A program made the translations under genes and the position numbers. From contig CALUHR010000013.1 in NCBI GenBank assembly GCA_944320495.1, positions 32,001 through 96,000 of the forward strand: a stretch of 64,000 bases of DNA, in the 5' to 3' direction. The DNA comes from Candidatus Methanomethylophilaceae archaeon (lineage in GTDB: Archaea; Thermoplasmatota; Thermoplasmata; Methanomassiliicoccales; Methanomethylophilaceae). Below are positions 10,311-20,418 of this stretch, piece by piece. The notes under the pieces are model-generated. The model worked only from the letters and a program-made list of their open reading frames with translations, did no database searches and was not told where the DNA came from. Position 1 is the first letter of the stretch. The number at the start of each line of letters is the position of its first letter.

Positions 10311-10871
10311 ATGGAGCTTCGCAGACTCAGGGAGAGCTTCTTGGAGGGGCCGTCCGTCGACCGCGACGGCTATGAATACTTCGTCAACCCGCTCTCCGAC
10401 GGCCTCCCCCGCGTGGACAGGGAGCTGCTGGACGAGGCGGTGTCAGGCATCCTGGAGGTCGCGGAGCTGGACTGCGATGTGATCCTCGCCCCGGAGGCCA
10501 TGGCCCTGCCGATAGCCGCTGGGATCACACTGAGGACCGGCATCCCCTATCTGGCGATACGCAAGCGCCCGTACGGGCTCCCCGGCGAGATCTCGTTCGG
10601 GAAGCGCACAGGGTACTCCGAATCGATGATGCACGTCTCGACGCTGAGACCGGGCGAGAGGGTGGCGATCGTGGACGACGTCCTCGACACGGGCGGGACT
10701 GCGAGGGCCACCGTGGACGCGCTCCGCGGGGCTGGGATCGTCGTCACGGAGATCGTGGCCGTATTCGACCGCAATCCCGACAGCGACGCCCTGTCCGCCG
10801 AGCTCGGGGTGCCCATCAGGACGCTGCTGAGGGTGGGCGTCGAGGACGGAGGGCTCATCGTCAGGGATCGA
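10311..10871 (+). CDS. hpt: Purine phosphoribosyltransferase, Hpt/Apt-like (ends at CGA)
   Basis: YEYFVNPLSDG and AIVDDVLDTGGT PRPP-binding motif; in-frame CGA at 10869-10871 after LIVRD; the standard ORF would overlap the next gene. Confidence 0.85.
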
Positions 10872-10948
10872 CGGTACACATCGAAGACCGTACATGAAGT
10901 GCTGACGCAGTCGGTCCGCTATTTCTACATGGAGCCGGAGAGGGCGTC

Positions 10949-12217
10949 ATGGACCCCTCCCTGCTGGCAGTATGTCTCGCGATGTCCGCGGTCGGATGCG
11001 CACTGGGCCTGTTCAGCGGCCTCGTCCCAGGGATACACGTCAACACGCTGGCGGCTATGCTGCTGACCGCATACCCTGCCCTAGAGGCCGCGCTGCCGCT
11101 GGGAGAGACGGAGGCGGCCGTCGCCGTGGGATGCTGCGTGATGGCGGCCTCCGTGGTCCATTCCTTCGTAGACTTCGTGCCCTCGGTCTTCATAGGGGCG
11201 CCGGATGCGGAGGACGCCGTCTCAGTGCTCCCCGGACACCGTCTGCTCCTGGCCGGGAGGGGCATGGAGGCCGTCCGTGCGGCGGCCGTCGGAAGCCTGG
11301 TCGGATGCTCCGCCTCGCTGCTGCTGGCACTTCCCCTCCAATGGGCCCTCATTCACGGTGCGGAGGGACTGCTGGACCTCCTGACGCCTGCTGTGCTTAT
11401 GCTGGCGTGCGCTGTCCTGCTCTCGTCCGAGTGGCGCAGAGGGAACGGCCTGTGGGGTCCCGCCCTGATGCTCCTCTCCGGAACCCTCGGGCTGGGCTGT
11501 ATGGTGCTGCCGATACCCATGGACGGCGTGCTGGGGGAGGGGAGCGTCATGATGCCCCTCCTCACCGGGCTGTTCGGGGTGCCCGTGCTGCTGGAGACCG
11601 GCAGGGCATCCAAGATACCTCCGCAGAAGGACATCGTCTCGGATCCCGTGGGGGTGCGCCCGGGGCTCCGCGGCGTCCTGATGGGGGCCGTCGCCGGATG
11701 GTTCCCCGGGATCACGTCCACCGTCGGGGCATCGATGTCCGCCGCGGTGCTGCCCGAGAGGGGCCCGGCGAGATTCATCTCCACGGTCGCCTCGATAGGC
11801 ACCGTCACGTCTGTGCTGGCACTTGTCACCCTGTCCGTCTCGGGGAACGGCAGGTCGGGGACCGCCCTGGTCATCGGGGACATATTGGAGGGGTCCCTCG
11901 GCGGGTTCGCCTCGGGTCCGTTCCTGATGCTGCTGCTATCCGCGGCGGTGGCATCGCTCGCGGGATACTGGCTCACGATAGCCAGCGGAAAACTTCTGTC
12001 CCGCACCGTCGGCAGGATCGACCCACTGAGGCTCAGCAGGGCGATGCTGGCTCTCCTGACGGCGCTGACGTTCGCCCTGAACGGCCCGGCTAGCCTGCTG
12101 GTCCTCGTCTCAGCCACGGCCGTCGGGCTGCTGCCCGGGATGTGCGGCACCGGGAGGGTCATCCTCTGCGGAAGCCTGATACTCCCGGTGCTCGCGTTCA
12201 AGCTGGGTCTCGCCCGA
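10949..12217 (+). CDS. Tripartite tricarboxylate transporter TctA/DUF112-like membrane protein (ends at CGA)
   Basis: GLVPGIHVN, FVDFVPSVFIGAPD, VLPGHRLLLAGRG; CGA at 12215-12217 abuts the stop of the convergent thioesterase. Confidence 0.82.
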
Positions 12218-12604
12218 TCACTCGAGCTTCGACCTAGCCTTGGACATGAACTTGGCGTCGTCGACCACGAAGCGCTCTTGGGTGCCGGAGCCGATCTCGC
12301 CCTTGGCGTCCCTGACGACGACCCTGAAGACGAGCCTCCTGCGGTCCACCTCGACGAGCTCTGTCTCGCAGGTGACGTCCATGCCGACCGGCGTGGCCGC
12401 GGAGTGGGCGACATCCAGATGAGTGCCGACGGTGCTGGTGCCGGGCTCGAGGTGCGGAGCGACGCTGTTGCTCGCGGTGGCCTCGATGAGGGCTATCATG
12501 GCCGGGGTGGCGAAGACTGGGAGTGTGCCGGAGCCGACGGCCTCGGCGGTGTTCTCGGGGGTGACGGAGACGGTCCTCGTCCCTCTGATGCCTGCTTCTA
12601 TCAT
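12218..12604 (-). CDS. Fluoroacetyl-CoA thioesterase (FlK)-like hotdog protein
   Basis: GSGTLPVFATPAMIALIE...VGT.LDVAH..ATPVG. Confidence 0.9.
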   Translation of the reverse strand: MIEAGIRGTRTVSVTPENTAEAVGSGTLPVFATPAMIALIEATASNSVAPHLEPGTSTVGTHLDVAHSAATPVGMDVTCETELVEVDRRRLVFRVVVRDAKGEIGSGTQERFVVDDAKFMSKARSKLE

Positions 12605-12714
12605 GAGAAGCGGCAGTCCCGCCTCGTTGATAACGGTGCCGTCCGTTCCCTCCCTTTAGGCACGCGGGCGCGCGCGCCATTATGTTTACAAACGAGCACC
12701 ACCTATCGTGTGAC

Positions 12715-15700
12715 ATGGGATTGGAAGATGACCTCTACGACGAGCTCTTCGAGCTCAGGGAGAACCTCCGGGACGAGCGCCGGCAGTCGAACGGACGCAT
12801 CCCGCAGATTTGCTCCGATGAGGCCCTGAGGGAGATGGCCCAGCGTGTGCCGACCAAGACGTCGGACTTCTCGGCCATCGTCGGCGTGGGCCAGAGATTC
12901 GTCGAGCAGTACGGCGAGGACTTCCTGGAGGTCACCAGGAAGTACGCCATCACGGCCGCCAACGGCTCCAACATCGACGCCGAGGCGGCGCAGACCCTCC
13001 GCGAGCTGGAGAAGAAGCTCATCAACATCAACAAGGCCAACAGGCTGCTGTTCCAGCCGAAGCTCTCGCGCAAGAACGCCTTCGACGTCATGACGCTTCC
13101 CGACGTGGACATCATGGGTCTGGTGTTCGGGAACAAGCGCACCCTCAAGCTCGTGGACACCGCCAAGGGCCCCGAGGCCACCAAGGCCTACAGACACCTG
13201 AACGAGATCATCCGCGAGGTCAACAGGGAGCAGAGGGACAAGGGTCAGTACGACCTCTACGTCGCTTATCCCTTCGTCGAGGGCAAGATGCCCGACGGGG
13301 ACCTCGACATCCGCGCCCCGCTGGCGCTGTTCCCCGTTATCCTGGAGAAGGACACCAGGGTCATCACGCTGAAGATGGACGACTCCAGGGATGCCATCTA
13401 CAACAACACGCTCATCCTCGGCTTCATCAAGGCCAGCGGCGTGAACCGCCCCCTCCCGGACAACATCCTGGAGGACTACAGCGGCGAGTCGTTCATGTCC
13501 AACCTGATCGAGTTCTACGAGGCCAACGGCATCCGCCTCGACTACCAGTACGGCCTGCCCGTCCAGTTCACCGAGTACAAGGCCGGGGAATTCCCCAAGT
13601 ACCAGCCCGGTGAGACGAAGCTGGTGCCGAACATCCTCATCGGGAAGTACCCCACGTACTCAAGCTCCATCCAGAAGGACTTCGACGGCATGCTGGCCGG
13701 CAGGGAGATCAACGGCATCCTCAACGACCTCATCGTCGACCTCAACAAGACGGACTACCTGTCCGACCTGCCCATGCCGCTCTCCGAGGAGGAGATCGCC
13801 GACAAGGGCCTGGAGGCGTCCGAGAGGGACCTCATCTACATCAACTCGCTCAACAGCTCTCAGGAGAACATCATCGCCGCCATGGACCGCGGCGACGAGA
13901 TCGTGGTCCAAGGACCGCCGGGCACCGGGAAGTCCCAGGTCATCACCGGCCTGATAACATCGGCCGTCATGAAAGGCAGGACCGTCCTGATGGTGTCCGA
14001 GAAAAAGACCGCCCTGGACGTCGTCTACTCCAGGCTGGGGACGCTGTCCAAGTACTGCCTTCAGATCGACGACGTCGCCAACAAGGAGAGCTTCTACAAG
14101 CAGCTCGCCAGGATGCTCGAGTGCGGCCAGCCCAAGAGGCCCGTGGACGTGGACGCCGTGTCCGACCAGATCGACAACGACGTGCTCCTGCTGGACAACA
14201 TCGCCGATGTGATGTACAAGCCCGGCGATTTCGGCATCGAGCCCTACAAGCTGTACGCCATGGACCGCTGGCTGAACCTCGACGACCGCAGGCAGTTCGA
14301 CGAGTACAAGGTCCTGAAGGACAACATCGAGCCGTCGCTCCTCAACCTCAAGTACCCCGCAGTGAGGGAGCTCCACAGGAAGTTCGGCGACCCGACCCTG
14401 ATGCGCAACTTCGACGAGTACAAGCGCCTGGTCCAGACAAACCCGTGGATGACCCAGATGAAGCCGGACCTCTCCGAGTACAACATCGGCGAGATGAAGG
14501 CCGACCTCCTCGACCTGGACAAGCAGCTCGCGGAATGGAAGACCAAGGGCTTCATGAGCAAGATGTTCTCCAAGGGGAAGATCAGCCGCGAGGCCACCGC
14601 CATGGTGGACAAGTACTTCGCGAACTACAACGAGCACACCGTCAACGGCGTCCTCGAGAACCCGCGCTCCTACTTCGACGCCCTGGACGGGTACGAGACC
14701 TACTCGTCCCGCGCCACGGTCTACGGCAGGCTCAACGACGACGAGAAGAACTACGGCGACGACATCCTCGCCGTCTCCGGCGAGACGAAGATGACGTTCC
14801 GCGAGAGCAACGACCGCATCTTCGACTGGATCCTCAACGAGCACCTCCAGATGTTCGACGCGTCCCACAAGGACATCATGCAGGAGATCTGGGACTTCGA
14901 ATCGATCATAGCCGACATGGACAGGAAGATCGGCGAGAAGAGGGAGCTCTGCAAGGACAAGGTCGAGGAGATCTTCCAGCAGAACCTCAAGTACATCACC
15001 GAGTCCAAGCGCCGCGGCGACATCAACAGGATCGTCGAGTCCAAGAGGAAGTGGAACCTCAACAAGTTCATCGGCCGCTACGGCTACGAGCTGTTCAAGG
15101 GCGTGCGCGTATGGCTGCTCACCCCCGAGGTCGTGTCCGAGATCCTCCCGCTGGAGATGGGCATTTTCGACGTGCTGATCTTCGACGAGGCCTCGCAGAT
15201 GTACGTGGAGAAGGGCGTGCCGTCCATCTACCGCGCCAAGAAGGTCATCGTCGCCGGCGACCACAAGCAGCTGCGCCCGTCGTCCCTCGGGGTCGGGAGG
15301 ATCGAGTACGAGAGCGACGAGGACGACCCCGAGGACGACGTTTCGGCCGCCCTCGAGGAGGAGAGCCTGCTGGACCTGGCCCGCGCCAGGTACGACTCCA
15401 TCCTGCTGAACTTCCACTACCGCTCCAAGTACGAGGAGCTCATCGCGTTCTCCAACTACGCGTTCTACGGCGGAAGACTGTACGTCTCGCCCAACGTGGA
15501 GGAGCCCGAGCGCCCGCCGATAGAGGTGCTGAGGGTGGACGGCCTGTGGGAGGACAAGTCCAACATGGCCGAGGCAAGGCAGATCGTCTCCCTCCTGAAG
15601 GACTTCTTCGCCACCAGGAGGAACAACGAGACGGTCGGCATCATCACCTTCAACTCGTCCCAGAGGGACCTGATAAGCGACGTCCTGGACGAGGAGTGCG

Positions 15701-16446
15701 CCTCCGATCCGTCCTTCGGCAAGGCCGTGAACGACGAGATGCGCAGGTTCGACAACGGCGAGGACGTGGGACTGTTCATCAAGAACATCGAGTCCGTCCA
15801 GGGGGACGAGCGCGACGTCATCATGTTCTCCGTCGGATACGCCAAGAACAGCGAGGGCAAGCTCATGCAGAGGTTCGGATGGCTCAACAACCGCGGAGGG
15901 GAGAACCGTCTGAACGTCGCCATTTCCAGGGCCAAGAAGAAGATCTACATCGTCACGTCCTTCGACCCGGAGGACCTGCAGGTGGACAACGTCAAGAACG
16001 ACGGCCCCAGGATCCTGAAGAAGTACCTCCAGTACGCCCGTGCGGTCAGCGACGGGGACAAGGGCATGGCGGATTCCATCCTCAAGTCCTTCGGCGACGA
16101 GCGCTGGACCGTCCCCGACGAGATCGGCGAGTCCAAGATCGCGGACAAGGTCTACAACGCCCTGGTCCGCAAGGGATACACCGTCGAGCGCAACGTAGGC
16201 ATCGGAGGGTACCAGATCGACCTCGCCGTCAGGCAGAGGGACAGGTACATCCTCGGCATAGAGTGCGACACCCACCTCTACAACCTCCCGGCATCGACGA
16301 GGGAGAGGGACTACCACAGGCAGAAGTACCTCGAGTCCAGGGGGTGGAGGATCCACAGGGTCTGGACCCCGGGGATGTGGAAGAGTCCCGAGAGGGAGAT
16401 CGCCAGGATAATAGAGGCCATCGAGAAGAGCACCGGGACGGTCTGA
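12715..16446 (+). CDS. Large SF1 helicase: N-terminal HRDC-like domain, DUF4011-like region, AAA_11/AAA_12 helicase, C-terminal Vsr/REase-like domain
   Basis: LFELRENL...ICSDEALREMA..VP (HRDC-like); VQGPPGTGKSQ; IFDEASQ; GDHKQLRP; VQGDERD; RLNVAISRAK; IDLAV..ILGIECD..RERD..RQKYLESRGW.I.RVW. Confidence 0.88.
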   Translation: MGLEDDLYDELFELRENLRDERRQSNGRIPQICSDEALREMAQRVPTKTSDFSAIVGVGQRFVEQYGEDFLEVTRKYAITAANGSNIDAEAAQTLRELEKKLININKANRLLFQPKLSRKNAFDVMTLPDVDIMGLVFGNKRTLKLVDTAKGPEATKAYRHLNEIIREVNREQRDKGQYDLYVAYPFVEGKMPDGDLDIRAPLALFPVILEKDTRVITLKMDDSRDAIYNNTLILGFIKASGVNRPLPDNILEDYSGESFMSNLIEFYEANGIRLDYQYGLPVQFTEYKAGEFPKYQPGETKLVPNILIGKYPTYSSSIQKDFDGMLAGREINGILNDLIVDLNKTDYLSDLPMPLSEEEIADKGLEASERDLIYINSLNSSQENIIAAMDRGDEIVVQGPPGTGKSQVITGLITSAVMKGRTVLMVSEKKTALDVVYSRLGTLSKYCLQIDDVANKESFYKQLARMLECGQPKRPVDVDAVSDQIDNDVLLLDNIADVMYKPGDFGIEPYKLYAMDRWLNLDDRRQFDEYKVLKDNIEPSLLNLKYPAVRELHRKFGDPTLMRNFDEYKRLVQTNPWMTQMKPDLSEYNIGEMKADLLDLDKQLAEWKTKGFMSKMFSKGKISREATAMVDKYFANYNEHTVNGVLENPRSYFDALDGYETYSSRATVYGRLNDDEKNYGDDILAVSGETKMTFRESNDRIFDWILNEHLQMFDASHKDIMQEIWDFESIIADMDRKIGEKRELCKDKVEEIFQQNLKYITESKRRGDINRIVESKRKWNLNKFIGRYGYELFKGVRVWLLTPEVVSEILPLEMGIFDVLIFDEASQMYVEKGVPSIYRAKKVIVAGDHKQLRPSSLGVGRIEYESDEDDPEDDVSAALEEESLLDLARARYDSILLNFHYRSKYEELIAFSNYAFYGGRLYVSPNVEEPERPPIEVLRVDGLWEDKSNMAEARQIVSLLKDFFATRRNNETVGIITFNSSQRDLISDVLDEECASDPSFGKAVNDEMRRFDNGEDVGLFIKNIESVQGDERDVIMFSVGYAKNSEGKLMQRFGWLNNRGGENRLNVAISRAKKKIYIVTSFDPEDLQVDNVKNDGPRILKKYLQYARAVSDGDKGMADSILKSFGDERWTVPDEIGESKIADKVYNALVRKGYTVERNVGIGGYQIDLAVRQRDRYILGIECDTHLYNLPASTRERDYHRQKYLESRGWRIHRVWTPGMWKSPEREIARIIEAIEKSTGTV

Positions 16447-16460
16447 GAGGGTTGCTGGGA

Positions 16461-18476
16461 ATGAACGTCGGCGAGATAGACAGGAGGGGAGTGCGCGTCC
16501 TGCTGCTATGCTACATCATCTCGCTGATGTTCACCGTCGTATTCACGAGGCTCCCGGAGACGCTGGACTTCTCCGCCGCGCTGGGAGTGGCCCTCGGGCT
16601 GCTCTCCGGCCCCTGGGGGGCGGCCGGGTTCTCCCTCGGCTACCTCACCACGGGACTGGCCGACGGGGGATCGCTGGCCGAACCGGCCACCGAGACGGCT
16701 GTGCTGTTCCTGGTGTCCTACCTGGCGTACCGCCTCTGGTACTCCACGCTCACATGGATCAGGCCGAAGACGCCGATTCTGGGGACCGCCCACAACATGG
16801 GGAAGGTGTTCCTGGTCTCCGCCGGCTCGTCCATCGTGTACGCGTGCCTGGACCACGGGCGCTACATCGTGATACACGGACAGAGCAGCATGCTGCTGCT
16901 GGATGTGAACACCATACTGCTGGTGCTCGCGCCCTCTATCATCCTCACTATGGCCGCCATCTTCGTGACGGGCGTCCTGAGGATACCCCACTGGACCCCC
17001 AGGCCGGCGGCGATCAAGGGCTATCTGCCCTCCTTCGACCCGAGGGTGTTCGACCTCGCACTGGTGCTCTCCATACCGGTGGCGCTGTCGTCTTCGCTGG
17101 CCGGGAGCTTCGCCTGGGTGCCGACCGTCGCGGCCTGCGCGCTGGTCGGGTTCTCGCTCCTGAAGCCGTCCATGGCGGTGCGCGAGTGGGAGCTCCCCGC
17201 CAAGGGCAAGGGGGCGAACACCTTCAAGAACCAGGTCAACGACCGCATCATCATCATGCTGTGCATGATCGGCCTCGGCGCCATCCTTCTCGTGGCGCTC
17301 ACCTACACCTACGGTCCGCTGGGCGACCTGCCCCTGGTGGTGGAGCTCGTGAAGGACTACGACGGCATCCTGCCGGGCGACCCGGCGGAGCTCGCCAAGT
17401 CCCTCTCGCTCCTCACGTACATCACGATCGCCATGTTCACCCTCATGGCCGTGGTGCTGATCCTGCTGAGGTTCATCGAGAACAGCGTCGTCACGCCCAT
17501 CAGGGCCATGTCCAGGGTCGCCAGGGACTTCATCATCTCCGATTCCGAGGTCAGCGCGGACGAGGTCGCCGACAGGTGCGCCGTCTACGCCGACAGGGAC
17601 AACGAGATCGGGGACCTGGCCAGGTCCCTCGGGAAGCTCACCAGGGACGTGGCCGACTACGTCCACGACATCGAGTCCCTCACCAGGGACAAGCAGGCGT
17701 ACCGCGCCGAGCTGGCCATCGCCAGGCAGATCCAGATGGAGCTGGTCAACAGGGACTTCGACTCCATGGACGGCACCGGGGTCAGGATCAGCGGTGTGAT
17801 GGACACCGCCAAGTCCGTGGGAGGGGACCTCTACGACTTCATGGCCCTCCAGCGCTACAAGGTAGCCGTGACCATCGGCGACGTCTCCGGCAAGGGGGTG
17901 CCCGCCGCGCTGTTCATGTCCCGCACCAAGACCCTCATAGAGGACCACGCGGGCCACGGCACCGACCCCGCCACATCCTTCCACGAGATCAACAACGCCC
18001 TCGCCAGGCACAACACCCAGGTGCTCTTCGTGTCATGCTGGCTCGGCATCATCGACACCCGCACCGGCGTGGTGGAGTTCGCGAACGCGGGCCACTGCCC
18101 GCCGCTGGTGCTGAGGGCGGCCACCGGGGAGGCCGAGTTCGTCCAGATGGACCCGTGCCCGGTCCTGGGGGTCATACCCGACACCGACTACAAGGTGGAG
18201 ACCCTCAAGCTGGAGATGGGGGACAGACTCCTGCTCTACACCGACGGCGTGACCGAGGCCAACGCCGGATACGAGGAGTTCTTCGGCGCCGAGAGGCTCA
18301 AGGGCGTGCTGGAGGACACGGCGTCGCTCACACCGGCGGACCAGCTCAAGGTCATCCGCGACGACGTGAGGAGCTTCGTCGGGAGCAACGAGCAGTTCGA
18401 CGACATCACCATGCTCATAGTGGAGTTCCAGGGACGCAGCAGCGCCACTGGGCTCCGCGCGGCTCCGGACGAGTGA
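16461..18476 (+). CDS. Membrane-anchored SpoIIE/RsbU-type PP2C phosphatase with HAMP-like linker
   Basis: Multiple N-terminal TM helices; DNEIGDLARSL; ELAIARQIQ; VGGDLYDF; IGDVSGKGVPAALFM; ANAGHCPP; LYTDGVTEA; FDDITM. Confidence 0.9.
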   Translation: MNVGEIDRRGVRVLLLCYIISLMFTVVFTRLPETLDFSAALGVALGLLSGPWGAAGFSLGYLTTGLADGGSLAEPATETAVLFLVSYLAYRLWYSTLTWIRPKTPILGTAHNMGKVFLVSAGSSIVYACLDHGRYIVIHGQSSMLLLDVNTILLVLAPSIILTMAAIFVTGVLRIPHWTPRPAAIKGYLPSFDPRVFDLALVLSIPVALSSSLAGSFAWVPTVAACALVGFSLLKPSMAVREWELPAKGKGANTFKNQVNDRIIIMLCMIGLGAILLVALTYTYGPLGDLPLVVELVKDYDGILPGDPAELAKSLSLLTYITIAMFTLMAVVLILLRFIENSVVTPIRAMSRVARDFIISDSEVSADEVADRCAVYADRDNEIGDLARSLGKLTRDVADYVHDIESLTRDKQAYRAELAIARQIQMELVNRDFDSMDGTGVRISGVMDTAKSVGGDLYDFMALQRYKVAVTIGDVSGKGVPAALFMSRTKTLIEDHAGHGTDPATSFHEINNALARHNTQVLFVSCWLGIIDTRTGVVEFANAGHCPPLVLRAATGEAEFVQMDPCPVLGVIPDTDYKVETLKLEMGDRLLLYTDGVTEANAGYEEFFGAERLKGVLEDTASLTPADQLKVIRDDVRSFVGSNEQFDDITMLIVEFQGRSSATGLRAAPDE

Positions 18477-18675
18477 GATGGGTCTACCGCGCATTCGTGA
18501 GACCGCTGACCACCCTCCTATGATGCATGATCCTGGGACACGCCCGACGTCGATCCCGGCGATGGACCTGGCCTTGACGTTCCTGGTCGCGTAAATCCGC
18601 GAGGACATAATGGAATTGGGCGACACCAAGCGGTTCGACGGCATGACGACGCTGCTGGCCCGCTACGACGGACCG

Positions 18676-19014
18676 TCGCACCAGGCGCGAGCGGACCATG
18701 TCCTGATAGGCCGCGCCCCAGAGGTCCAGCTCCTCCAGGACCGGGAGGACGGACATGCCGACGCTCGTAAGCGAGTACTCGACGCGCTGGGGCGAGTCGC
18801 AGACCACAGTGCGACTGATCAGACCGTCGGACTCCAACTCCCTCAGGGTTATCGTGAGCATGCGCGACGACCCCTCCCCAGTGAACCGCTTGAGCTCGTT
18901 GAAGCGCATCCGCCCATGGGAGGACAGCATCCACAGGACGAGGATCTTGTGCTTGCCGCCGAGGAGCCTTATCGTGGTGGCGAACGGGGTCTCCCCCTCG
19001 GGTATCGGGTCCAT
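18676..19014 (-). CDS. HxlR-family winged-helix regulator (ends at CGA)
   Basis: LLGGKHK...RFNELKR...MLT..LRELE.DGLI.R...PQRVEYSLT; in-frame CGA at 18678-18676 gives 112 aa. Confidence 0.85.
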
Positions 19015-19087
19015 GCGACCCCATCGGAAGGGAGGGAATTAACGGTTCCTCCTACCTATATTCTATATCTATGGCGATGCGGGACGC

Positions 19088-19591
19088 TTGACTTTCGCCG
19101 ATCTGACCAACGAGCGCTACTCGTCGAGGAGCTACACGGACGAACCCGTCTCTGATGAGGACATCGTGTCCATCCTCGAGGCCGGGAGGATGGCGCCCAC
19201 CGCCAAGAACCTGCAGCCCGTGAGGGTCATCGTGGCGGACACGCCGGAATCCATCGCGAGGATCGGGAAGGCCGCCGGACCATACGGGGCGACCGTTGCG
19301 CTCATCGTCGTCGCCGACGCCTCCAAGGCCTGGGTTAGGCCCCAGGACGGCAAGAACTTCGGGGACATCGACGCCTCGATCGTCACGACGCAGATGATGT
19401 ACCGCGCCCAGGAACTCGGACTCGGGAGCGTGTGGATCGGGTACTTCGACCCCGCCGTCGTCAAGGAGGCCTTCGGACTCGGGGAGACCGAGGAGGTCTC
19501 TGCGATTCTCGCGGTCGGCCACCGCGCGGACGAGACATCGTCCAACCACGGCAACAGGAAGCCGATGTCGGAGTTCGCTTCAAGGGCCTGA
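19088..19591 (+). CDS. Nitroreductase family protein
   Basis: RYSSRSY, APTAKNLQP, AQELGLGSVWIG. Confidence 0.92.
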   Translation: MTFADLTNERYSSRSYTDEPVSDEDIVSILEAGRMAPTAKNLQPVRVIVADTPESIARIGKAAGPYGATVALIVVADASKAWVRPQDGKNFGDIDASIVTTQMMYRAQELGLGSVWIGYFDPAVVKEAFGLGETEEVSAILAVGHRADETSSNHGNRKPMSEFASRA

Positions 19592-19951
19592 GGCCTGACG
19601 CCCCCTGGCGCAGTCGGCCACGGCCATCCCGTGCGCGTCCATGTAGGATATGCCCCACGAGCACATGTGCTCGATGACGGGCATCAGCGACAGCCCCAGC
19701 TCCGTCAGTGAGTATTCTGTCCTCGGGGGGACCACCGGATAGACGCGACGGCTGATCAGCCCGTCCGCCTCCAGCTCCCTGAGCTGCTTCGTTATCATCT
19801 TGCCCGTGGCCTCCGGCACCAGGGCCTGGATCTCGCTGAACCTCTTCGTTCCCAGCCTCAGGTTCCAGAGAATCACGGACTTGTACTTGCCCCCGATGAG
19901 TTTCACGGTCACCCTCACCGGGCATTCGGCCATGCCCTCCTCCTCGTCCAT
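19580..19951 (-). CDS. HxlR-family regulator with N-terminal CPV cysteine
   Basis: ECPV..TVKLIGGKYK...RFSEI...KMITKQLRELEADGLI.R..YPVVPPRTEYSLT. Confidence 0.9.
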   Translation of the reverse strand: MDEEEGMAECPVRVTVKLIGGKYKSVILWNLRLGTKRFSEIQALVPEATGKMITKQLRELEADGLISRRVYPVVPPRTEYSLTELGLSLMPVIEHMCSWGISYMDAHGMAVADCARGRQASGP

Positions 19952-19955
19952 ACCA

Positions 19956-19977
19956 ATACTATACTTTTGGATAGTAT
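19956..19977. promoter_or_regulatory. Candidate HxlR/YodB-type operator
   Basis: ATACT-N7-AGTAT (19961-19977), nested in ATACTAT-N8-ATAGTAT, immediately upstream of the HxlR start. Confidence 0.45.
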
Positions 19978-20199
19978 ATGTCATTTTATACTGTACTTGA
20001 TATAAATAAACAGATAGCCATCATGGAACCAGATGCCTCCAGGCGTCCGCCATCGATATGCCACGAGACGGCCTCCGTCGGGACCGGCCTGCAGAGACCT
20101 GGGGCCGGTCCCGAAACCAGTCTACGATGGCAATGTTTAAGATATCCTAAATGCCTGGAAGGCCATCGGTCCGCCGAGACGGACCCGGAAGTGAATGAT

Positions 20200-20418
20200 A
20201 TGGCCAAGACAACGATCAAGATCGAGGGAATGATGTGCGAGGGCTGCGTGAAGAGCGTCAGAGAGTCCCTCGAGAAGGTGCCCGGCGTCAAGAGCGTCGA
20301 TGTCAACCTGAAGAAGGGCACGGCCGTTGTCCAACAGGACGGCGTGGCCGACGAGGCCCTGATCAAGGCGGTCGTCGACGCGGGCTTCCGCGGAACCGTT
20401 AAGCACGGGCTCTTCCGA
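20200..20418 (+). CDS. copZ: Copper chaperone / HMA domain protein (ends at CGA overlapping copA ATG)
   Basis: GMMCEGCV metal-binding motif; TTC CGA TG junction. Confidence 0.88.
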
